DNA of 64,000 bases, taken from assembly GCA_038231275.1 (NCBI GenBank), contig JBBRLQ010000027.1, positions 1 to 64,000 on the forward strand, written 5' to 3'. Within the stretch, counting starts at the first letter, position 1. Each line of letters opens with the position of its first letter. This document shows, in pieces, positions 1-6,636 of the stretch. Below the pieces are notes generated by a model, which ran no database searches, had not been told where the DNA came from, and was given only the letters and a program-made list of their open reading frames with translations. The stretch comes from Polyangiales bacterium. GTDB lineage: Bacteria; Myxococcota_A; Polyangia; Polyangiales; Polyangiaceae. A program made the position numbers and the translations under genes.

Positions 1-130
1 AGAGACGACCTACTCTCCCGACCCGAGGCCACAACCCTGAACTGACCCCGAGAGAAGACGTCGCTTCGCTCCGATCGCCATCCGGCGTGCTGGGTGATCG
101 CGATGCGCCGAATTACCCGATCGCCATCGG

Positions 131-169
131 CGGGACGCGCACGCAGGTTCGAATCCTGCCGCCTAGACC
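131..169 (+). pseudogene. Orphan tRNA 3' half (tRNA-Pro-like)
   Basis: Perfect T-arm GCAGG-TTCGAAT-CCTGC (143-159), then CGCCTAG-A-CC (G72/A73 as in tRNA-Pro), preceded by CGG-GA. No matching 5' acceptor strand within 1-130. Confidence 0.5.
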
Positions 170-186
170 GAGAGCACACGACCCGC

Positions 187-259
187 GCGGTGCTCGTGCT
201 CTGGTGAGCACACCTGCTCGACAAGCAGGACCAGGCAGGTTCGATCCCTGCGCGCCGCA
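187..259 (+). tRNA. tRNA-Val(GAC), atypical (C33)
   Basis: Acceptor GCGGTGC/GCGCCGC-A, D-stem GTGC/GCAC, anticodon arm CCTGC-TCGACAA-GCAGG, T-arm GCAGG-TTCGATC-CCTGC. No encoded CCA. Confidence 0.85.
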
Positions 260-274
260 CTGCATTTTCGATAC

Positions 275-350
275 GCCGATGTAGCCCAACTGGCAGAGGC
301 CGCAGTTTCAGAAACTGTGTGGAGTGAGGGTTCGAATCCCTTCGTCGGTA
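275..350 (+). tRNA. tRNA-Leu(CAG) with short variable region
   Basis: Acceptor GCCGATG/CGTCGGT-A, anticodon arm GCAGT-TTCAGAA-ACTGT, 7-nt variable region, T-arm GAGGG-TTCGAAT-CCCTT. Confidence 0.85.
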
Positions 351-384
351 CCGCGCTCACGAGCGCGACACGTCACGCCTCCCT

Positions 385-468
385 GCCACTGTGGTGGAAC
401 GGCATACACGACAGGCTGAGAACCTGTGCTCCATCAGGAGTGTGAGGGTTCGAGTCCCTCCGGTGGCA
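385..468 (+). tRNA. tRNA-Leu(GAG)
   Basis: Acceptor GCCACTG/CGGTGGC-A, anticodon arm ACAGG-CTGAGAA-CCTGT, long variable arm GCTCC-ATCA-GGAGT, T-arm GAGGG-TTCGAGT-CCCTC. Confidence 0.93.
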
Positions 469-518
469 CTGATTTTTTTCGAAAGGAGCTTTCAACCAAC
501 AACCCAGTGAGATCCGTC

Positions 519-1025
519 ATGCGAACCCTGCTGCTCATGCCGTGGATGACCCCCCACAAAATCGTCTCTTGGCAACGCGCTGTCGTGCTCGTCGTCCTCG
601 GCAAGGCCGAGATCCTCGAGGAGTATGACGTGGCGCTCGGCCCCGTCGTCGACTTCAAGACGCCGTCGGTCGTGCGCCTCACCAAGGGGCACCCGATGCA
701 GAAGCGCGCGGTTCGCTTCTCGCGCCTCAACGTCTTCACCCGCGACGGCTTTCGCTGCCAGTACTGCGGCGTGAAGAAGGAGATGCGTGAGCTCAACTAC
801 GACCACGTGCTGCCGCGCGTTCGCGGTGGAAAGACCGAGTGGGAGAACATCGCCACCTCCTGCTACGGCTGCAACGATCGAAAGGGGAGCCGCACCCCAG
901 AGGAGGCCGGAATGAAGCTTCTCCGGAAGCCCTTCAAGCCGAAGTCCCTCCCGCTCACGCCTGCGTTTCACGTCGACGCGTCCGCGATCCCTCCCGCCTG
1001 GCATCCGTTCTGCCAGGTGGGGTGA
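519..1025 (+). CDS. HNH endonuclease (McrA/HNH_5-like) with PLMP-like N-terminus, 168 aa
   Basis: Motif RDGFRCQYCG...DHVLPRVRGG...N...SCYGCNDRKG. Start moved to ATG 519 (GTG 507 possible) because the track start overlaps tRNA-Leu. Confidence 0.9.
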   Translation: MRTLLLMPWMTPHKIVSWQRAVVLVVLGKAEILEEYDVALGPVVDFKTPSVVRLTKGHPMQKRAVRFSRLNVFTRDGFRCQYCGVKKEMRELNYDHVLPRVRGGKTEWENIATSCYGCNDRKGSRTPEEAGMKLLRKPFKPKSLPLTPAFHVDASAIPPAWHPFCQVG

Positions 1026-1073
1026 GCCGTCCGGACGCGCGCGTGCGCGAGCGTGATTCCCCACGCGGCCTCC

Positions 1074-1105
1074 GCCGTCCTGGCCCGAGACGCTAAACCG
1101 GGCCG
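1074..1105 (+). ncRNA. Putative H-type pseudoknot element downstream of the HNH gene
   Basis: CGTC(1076-79)/GACG(1089-92) and GGCCCG(1082-87)/CGGGCC(1099-1104) interleave, with an A-rich loop CTAAAC. Confidence 0.45.
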
Positions 1106-1131
1106 CTTACTTTTTCGTTTCAGTAGATTCG

Positions 1132-1176
1132 TTCGAACGAAACATGAGCCGAGGCTCGACTCACGTTTCGTTTGAA
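1132..1176. repeat. 17-bp imperfect inverted repeat with 11-nt spacer
   Basis: TTCGAACGAAACATGAG ... CTCACGTTTCGTTTGAA (2 mismatches, one a G-U pair), in AT-rich sequence. Confidence 0.75.
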
Positions 1177-1188
1177 TAGATCGCTTTT

Positions 1189-1275
1189 GGAAGACGAACT
1201 GGCCGAGCGGCCGGGCCTGTCTCGAAAACAGTGCGTGCCTCCGGGCATGGGGATCAAGACCTCCGGCTTCCGCCA
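1189..1275 (+). tRNA. tRNA-Ser(CGA), 8/4 fold, CCA encoded
   Basis: 8-bp acceptor GGAAGACG/CGGCTTCC (1 mismatch), G73, 6-bp D-stem CTGGCC/GGCCGG, loop CT-CGA-AA, V-arm GTGCC-TCCG-GGCAT, 4-bp T-stem with aberrant loop ATCAAGA. Confidence 0.8.
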
Positions 1276-1279
1276 ACCA

Positions 1280-1363
1280 GGAAACCGAGCCACGCGCGGG
1301 CGTGGGCCTGGCCGCTACCCAGCGCGTGCCTTCGGGCATGAAGTTCGACTCTTCCGGTTTCCG
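1280..1363 (+). tRNA. tRNA-Ser(GCT), 8/4 fold, C33
   Basis: 8-bp acceptor GGAAACCG/CGGTTTCC, G73, 6-bp D-stem CCACGC/GCGTGG, loop CC-GCT-AC, V-arm GTGCC-TTCG-GGCAT, T-arm GAAG-TTCGACT-CTTC. Confidence 0.82.
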
Positions 1364-1407
1364 CTCTTCTTCCGCTCTCCGTCGTTGGTGCCGAGTTTTC
1401 TCCTCCT

Positions 1408-1489
1408 GGGTCGGAGGCAGATACGGTTGGCTGCGCGTGTCCGTAAAACACGTCCTTTCCCGGTGGGGGTTCGAATCCCTCCCGACCCA
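1408..1489 (+). tRNA. tRNA-Tyr(GTA), atypical (A8, C33)
   Basis: Acceptor GGGTCGG/CCGACCC-A, D-stem GCAG/CTGC, anticodon arm CGTGT-CCGTAAA-ACACG, T-arm GGGGG-TTCGAAT-CCCTC. Confidence 0.85.
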
Positions 1490-1498
1490 CAGAGAACG

Positions 1499-2884
1499 TC
1501 ATTCACGGGCGGCGGGTGACGCGCGCTTCTCGACGCGCTCGATCTTGCCCCTCGTCAGGAAAATAAACCTGGCCACGAGGACGAACGCGACGATGACGAG
1601 GCCGAGCGTCAATCCCCACCACAGCCCCGGCGCGCCGAGACCAACGCCGAAAGCGAGCCAGAGCGCGATGGGTAGGCCGATCACCCAGTAGGCCACGAGG
1701 TTCGACAGGAACGCGAACCGCACGTCGCCCGCGCCGCGTAGGGCGCCGGACGCGACGCCTTGCACACCGTCGAAGAGCTGAAAAACAGCGGCGATCATGA
1801 CGAGCTTGGCGCCGAGGGCGACGACGCGATCGTCCGGCGTGAAGAGGCCGACCAAGCCGGCCGGGATGAGCGCGAAGACGACGGCGCCGATCGTCTGCAG
1901 ACCGCCACCGAGCGCGATGCCAAGGAGGCCCGTGCGGCGCGGAGAGACGCCCTCGCCGACGGCGTGCCCCACGCGGACGGACGTAGCGGCGCTGACGCCG
2001 AGCGACGCCATGTACGTGAAGCTCGCGAGGCCGATGGCCACTTGGTGAGCGGACGCCGGAACCTCACCGAGCCGGCCCGACACCAGCGCGACGAGCGAAA
2101 AGATGCCGAGCTCCGCGAAGAGCTGGAGGCCGACCGGCAGGCCTACCCGGAGCGTCGTGCTCACCGGGACATGCTCGCTCGCTGCGCCGGCGTTGCGTGC
2201 GCGCGCGGCGCCGAGCGCGATGGCGACGAGCACGATCTCGGCGAGGGACGTGGCGAGGCCCGCGCCGAACGCGCCGAGCGCCGGAAGACCGACCGCAGGA
2301 AGACCGAGCGCCACGAGGACCCCATCGCCGCGCACGAGCAGGTTACAGACGACCCAATTCATCAGGTTGGCGACGAGCGCCGCCACCAGCGCCGGGCGCG
2401 CGCTTCCTCGTGCCTGCAAGTACGTGCGCGCCGCGATGTACGCGCCGTAGAGGCCGAGCCCCGGGAGCTGCCCCGTCAAATACCAGCGCGCGCGGATCGT
2501 GATCTCGTGCGAGACGCCCATCGGCTCGAGCAGGAACGTGATGCCCATTCCCAGGAGGGCGATCGGGATCCACGTGAGTGCGATCGCCTTCAGCGTCGCC
2601 TTGAGGGCGCCCCACGCGCGACCGGTTTCTCCTGCGCCGAGGGCCTGCGATGCGAGCGGCTCGAGGCCCATCCCGATTCCCATCGAGATCGACGCGACGC
2701 CGAAGCCGATCGAGCGCCCGATCGTCGCGCCGGCGAGCTCCGTCACCGAGACGCGGCCGAGAACCGCCGTGTCGACGAGGCCCATCGATACGAGCAGCAT
2801 CTGCGCAGACGTGACGGGCCACGCGAGGCGCGCGAGCGTGGCGAGCTCGCTGAGAGCGGTCCCTCGGGGGGAGTCAAGAGGCAC
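1499..2884 (-). CDS. MATE family efflux transporter (NorM-like)
   Basis: LAWPV...MGLVDTAVLGR, QLFDGVQGVASGALRGAGD, about 12 hydrophobic segments. Confidence 0.92.
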   Translation of the reverse strand: MPLDSPRGTALSELATLARLAWPVTSAQMLLVSMGLVDTAVLGRVSVTELAGATIGRSIGFGVASISMGIGMGLEPLASQALGAGETGRAWGALKATLKAIALTWIPIALLGMGITFLLEPMGVSHEITIRARWYLTGQLPGLGLYGAYIAARTYLQARGSARPALVAALVANLMNWVVCNLLVRGDGVLVALGLPAVGLPALGAFGAGLATSLAEIVLVAIALGAARARNAGAASEHVPVSTTLRVGLPVGLQLFAELGIFSLVALVSGRLGEVPASAHQVAIGLASFTYMASLGVSAATSVRVGHAVGEGVSPRRTGLLGIALGGGLQTIGAVVFALIPAGLVGLFTPDDRVVALGAKLVMIAAVFQLFDGVQGVASGALRGAGDVRFAFLSNLVAYWVIGLPIALWLAFGVGLGAPGLWWGLTLGLVIVAFVLVARFIFLTRGKIERVEKRASPAARE

Positions 2885-2931
2885 GGAGGTTCGTCATCTT
2901 ACCAATTGTGCCCCTCGAACGGTTCGCTAGG

Positions 2932-3864
2932 ATGGGCGGCTCGGAAATGGCCATCACGCACGCGGACGCGCTAGGACGACCGTTCGTCACGGCGAGCAAA
3001 GACGAGCTCGGCGAGACCGTCGTGAGCGGCCTGTTCGAGCACGACTATCTGCAGTCGCGCATGCCGGAAGGCAAAAACGTGGTCTTCGCGAGCGCGTTCG
3101 CCCTGGCGTGGGAAGAGGTGGCGCGCGTCGGCGGCAGCACGATCCTCATGCAATACGATCCGCCCGTGATGGTCGGCATGCAGGGCGAGAAGGACTACCG
3201 GAACGATCTGGAGGCGGCCGCGTGGTTCGCCGGCGGCAACTACGGCAGCGCCGGCGTCCTCACCCAGATCCGCGAAGGGCTCGGCGCCCACTGGAACGGC
3301 ATCGCCACGCCGATGCTCCTGCCCGACAACGTGGAGCCGGAGCACCTCTTCGCGTACGCGTACATGTTCAAGCACGTCGCGTACAACGAGCGCGAAGGGC
3401 ACGCCGCGCAGATCGCTCCTGGCGTGAGGCCCGAGGACTTCATCCTCGATCTTCCGCTGACGTCAGCCGACGATCGGCTCCTCATCGCGTCGATGCCGCG
3501 CGGGGAGACGCTCGCCGAGACCGTCGATCGCGCGCTCAGCCCGCGCCTGGCTTTCACGTCCACGGGAATGCCGGCGGCGTGGGCGCTCGAACGCTACCGC
3601 GTGCCGAAGATCCACTTCGACATCACGTGGAAGTTTCGCAACACGTCGGCGCGCTACGTCCTCAAGGTGGACGAGTTCGGCGCGACGGTCCTCAGCGAGG
3701 CGGCGCAGATGACGCTGCCGCTGCCGCCGATTATCGTGGCACGTCCGGGCGGGCGGGCGCAGGCGCCGATCCTGGTCGTCCTCGCGAAGCGAAACCGCAC
3801 GCGCCCCTACTTCGCCGCTTGGATCGAGAGCACCGAGCTGCTCATCCCCGATCCGGTCGGCTGA
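2932..3864 (+). CDS. Hypothetical protein with serpin-like C-terminal pattern
   Basis: Good codon bias. VPKIHFD...KVDEFGATVLSEAA...PILVVL...PYF. Start uncertain (2908/2932/2947). Confidence 0.6.
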   Translation: MGGSEMAITHADALGRPFVTASKDELGETVVSGLFEHDYLQSRMPEGKNVVFASAFALAWEEVARVGGSTILMQYDPPVMVGMQGEKDYRNDLEAAAWFAGGNYGSAGVLTQIREGLGAHWNGIATPMLLPDNVEPEHLFAYAYMFKHVAYNEREGHAAQIAPGVRPEDFILDLPLTSADDRLLIASMPRGETLAETVDRALSPRLAFTSTGMPAAWALERYRVPKIHFDITWKFRNTSARYVLKVDEFGATVLSEAAQMTLPLPPIIVARPGGRAQAPILVVLAKRNRTRPYFAAWIESTELLIPDPVG

Positions 3865-3883
3865 AGCGCAGCGGAGCGAAACG
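3863..3883 (+). repeat. 21-bp REP-like repeat, copy 1
   Basis: GAAGCGCAGCGGAGCGAAACG, identical to 61445-61465. Confidence 0.75.
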
Positions 3884-3896
3884 ACTCCTGACTGAG

Positions 3897-3925
3897 AGGC
3901 ATGACCGGCTTTTCCGGTCATGCCT
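3897..3925. terminator. Hairpin between convergent genes (putative bidirectional terminator)
   Basis: 12-bp perfect stem AGGCATGACCGG/CCGGTCATGCCT with loop CTTTT. Confidence 0.6.
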
Positions 3926-5141
3926 TGAGTAACAACCTCGGCCCGAAGACGCCGAGCTTCGAGCCTGCCATCGCCCGCACCATCTCGCGCTCGAAGAACG
4001 CGAGCTTCGTCATCGTGCCCATCCCGAGGTCGCGCACGAGGGCCAGCCAGTGCATGTCCGACTGGAAGAACGGCGTGAGCCAACGCGTCGCGAGCTGGTA
4101 GAAATCCAGGTGATCGGCGCGGCGCGCAGAGTACGTGGCGAGGGCGTCCATGACGCTGCTGGCGCCCTCGACGCACTCGGCGAGGGTCCACGCGTCGATG
4201 AGCGCGAGGTTGCACCCCTGCCCAAGCTGCGGGCTCATCGCGTGCGCGGCGTCGCCGAGGACCACGACGTTGTGGGTGTGCCAACGCGGCATCACGACGT
4301 CGTGGTAGACGGCCAACGTCACCTGCGACGCGTCCTCGATTTGCGCGAGGACCGGCGCCGCGTCGGGGCGGAGCGCGAGGATCTCCTCTTTCCAGACCTC
4401 GAGCCCCGCGTCGCGCCACGCGTCGACGGCGTCGCAGCGGAGAGACCAATAGAGGCTTACGTGCGGGACCGGATCCGCGTCGTCGGGGCCGAGGCCGGTC
4501 GGCAAGAGGCCGAGCATGCGGCGCGTCGACACCATGGTCTGTTCGAGGCGCCCCGTGAAGCGCCCCTCGGGATCGCGCGCGACGAACCAGAGGGCCCCCC
4601 AGGGATACGTCGCCACCGAGCGCTTCAGGTTTCGCTGCGCGCCGAGGTGAGAGCGCGCGCCGTCTGCGACGACGACGAGATCGTGCAGGCCGTGCGCCGC
4701 GCCGCGCTCGTCCACGACGACGACGCGATCCTGTGACGCAGGGCGCAGGCTCGCGGCGGCGAGACCCAAATGGAGGGCGATGCGCGGCTCACGCTTGACC
4801 GCGCCGAAGAGCGCCGCGAAGAGGACGCCGCGGTGGAGGCCCAGGCCGAACATCTCCGGATCTTCGCGGGCGTACGCGAGCTCCACGATTTTTCGGCCGC
4901 GATCGGTCGTGCAGACGAGCCCGTCGAGACGCGCCGCCTTCGCGACGATCGGCGCGAGCAGCTCCAATTCCGCGAGGACGGTCTGGCCCGTGGGCTGGAG
5001 GACGATCCCGGCGCCCACCGGTCCAGGCTCGGGGACGCGCTCGTACATCGACACGCGATGCCCCGCGCGCGCGAGGAAGAGCGCGGCGGCCGCACCCGCG
5101 GTTCCGCAGCCGATCACTCCGACGTCGAGCGGGCGATGCAC
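3918..5141 (-). CDS. FAD-dependent monooxygenase (UbiH-like family)
   Basis: VIGCGTAG, VVADGARS and VLGDAAHAMSPQLGQGCN motifs. Start set at GTG 5141. Confidence 0.9.
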   Translation of the reverse strand: MHRPLDVGVIGCGTAGAAAALFLARAGHRVSMYERVPEPGPVGAGIVLQPTGQTVLAELELLAPIVAKAARLDGLVCTTDRGRKIVELAYAREDPEMFGLGLHRGVLFAALFGAVKREPRIALHLGLAAASLRPASQDRVVVVDERGAAHGLHDLVVVADGARSHLGAQRNLKRSVATYPWGALWFVARDPEGRFTGRLEQTMVSTRRMLGLLPTGLGPDDADPVPHVSLYWSLRCDAVDAWRDAGLEVWKEEILALRPDAAPVLAQIEDASQVTLAVYHDVVMPRWHTHNVVVLGDAAHAMSPQLGQGCNLALIDAWTLAECVEGASSVMDALATYSARRADHLDFYQLATRWLTPFFQSDMHWLALVRDLGMGTMTKLAFFEREMVRAMAGSKLGVFGPRLLLKA

Positions 5142-5187
5142 GCGCGCCAGAGTAGCCGCACGCGGGCGCCGAGGGTACGATGCCGTG

Positions 5188-6627
5188 ATGCGCGCGCTTG
5201 CCTTCGTGCCCGTTTTGCTCTTCGGGTTCGCGGCGTGCTCCAAGAGCTCGTCGTCGTCGGGAGGGACGCCGAGCGCTGAGGCTGGGGGCCGCACGGACGA
5301 CGCCACCGCCGCCGACACGCGGGGGCGCTGCGGTTATGCGCGGGGTGCGTTGCCCGCCGACACCCTAGGCGCCAGCGCGCCCGTCGGGAGCGACATCCCG
5401 GTCGACACGATCGTGGTCATCATCCAAGAGAACCGCTCGTTCGATCACTACTTCGCGCACCTCGGCAAGTACGCCGGCCGCAGCGACATCGACGGCGCAC
5501 CCGACACGGCGACGAACCCCGACACGATCGGTACGAACCCCGGCGGCACGCATCCCTTCCAGCATGCGACGCGCATGTGCACCCTCGACACGAACCACGA
5601 GTGGTACGGCACCCACGTGGAGTGGGACGAGGGGAAGCTCGACGGATTCTACGAAGAGAACCAGGGCTACACGACTCTCCCGCCCGACGGCGGCAAGGTG
5701 CTCCAGAGCGGCGAGCGCGCCCTCTGGTACTACGACGAGCGCGACATCCCCTTCTATTACGAGCTCGCGAAGACGTACGGCATCGGCGATCGCTACTTCG
5801 CCCCCGTCCTCGGCCCGACCTGGCCGAACCGCATGTACGCCTACTCGGCGACGAGCTTCGGTCGCACCTCCAACGATTTTCCGAGCCTCGCCGGGTACTC
5901 GTATCCGCAGAACGACGCGGTCATCTTCGACACGCTCGAGAAGGCCGGGATCTCGTGGGGCGTCGTCAACGAAACGCTCCCGGGCCCGGCGATCGTCGTC
6001 GGTCTCGGCATCGCGACGCGCTGGGCGCGAAACCCGATCATGAACAACGCGACCTTCTTCCAGAAGGCCGCCGACGGCACGCTGCCGCACGTCGTCTACT
6101 ACGAGAGCCACATCGGCCAGGAGGGGCCGTCGAAGGACGACGAGCACCCGCCGGCCGACGTGCAGATCGGCCAGAAGGGCATCAGCGACGTGATGCACGC
6201 GCTGTGGAAGAGCCCGCAGTGGCCGCACATGGCCATTTTCCTCACGTACGACGAGCACGGCGGCTTCTACGATCACGTTCCGCCGCCCAAGGCCTGCGCG
6301 CCCGACTCGACGGCGCCGATCGTGGGGCCGACCGATCCGATCGTGAGCAGCTTCGATCAGTACGGCATTCGCGTGCCGCTCACCGTCGTGTCACCGTTCT
6401 CGAAGAAGGGGTACACGTCGCACGTCCCGGCCGATCACACGAGCATCCTCCGCTTCATCCAGGCGCGCTTCGGGCTCCCGGCGCTCACGAAGCGCGACGC
6501 GAACGCGACGGCGCTGCTCGACTATTTCGATTTCCAGAACCCGCCGTTCTTGATCCCGCCGCTCATCGCGGAGCCGACGATCGATCAGGCCCAGCGCGAC
6601 TGGTGCGAGACGACCTACCGCAAGTAG
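5188..6627 (+). CDS. Phospholipase C / phosphoesterase family lipoprotein
   Basis: QENRSFDHYF, GPTWPNR, TYDEHGGFYDHVPPP, DHTSILRFI. Lipobox FAAC. Confidence 0.92.
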   Translation: MRALAFVPVLLFGFAACSKSSSSSGGTPSAEAGGRTDDATAADTRGRCGYARGALPADTLGASAPVGSDIPVDTIVVIIQENRSFDHYFAHLGKYAGRSDIDGAPDTATNPDTIGTNPGGTHPFQHATRMCTLDTNHEWYGTHVEWDEGKLDGFYEENQGYTTLPPDGGKVLQSGERALWYYDERDIPFYYELAKTYGIGDRYFAPVLGPTWPNRMYAYSATSFGRTSNDFPSLAGYSYPQNDAVIFDTLEKAGISWGVVNETLPGPAIVVGLGIATRWARNPIMNNATFFQKAADGTLPHVVYYESHIGQEGPSKDDEHPPADVQIGQKGISDVMHALWKSPQWPHMAIFLTYDEHGGFYDHVPPPKACAPDSTAPIVGPTDPIVSSFDQYGIRVPLTVVSPFSKKGYTSHVPADHTSILRFIQARFGLPALTKRDANATALLDYFDFQNPPFLIPPLIAEPTIDQAQRDWCETTYRK

Positions 6628-6636
6628 AATGACCGC

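Noticed and set aside
1..120. Complete 5S rRNA gene on the minus strand
   Set aside because: Only 16 nt match. The conserved CCGAAC loop and the other helices are absent.
1..130. Group I intron core (AGAGACGA resembles the R element)
   Set aside because: No convincing P7 partner or S element found by eye. Kept only as a hypothesis in the orphan-half finding.
302..318. Reading the 275-350 tRNA as a TCA (Sec/opal suppressor) tRNA
   Set aside because: The stem GCAGT/ACTGT centres the 7-nt loop on CAG. TCA is off-centre.
87..518. Short ORFs 87-284 and 163-360, and the 426 start of the HNH ORF
   Set aside because: They overlap well-formed tRNA genes.
1172..1519. ORFs over 1172-1519
   Set aside because: They overlap the Ser, Ser and Tyr tRNA genes and have no protein motifs.
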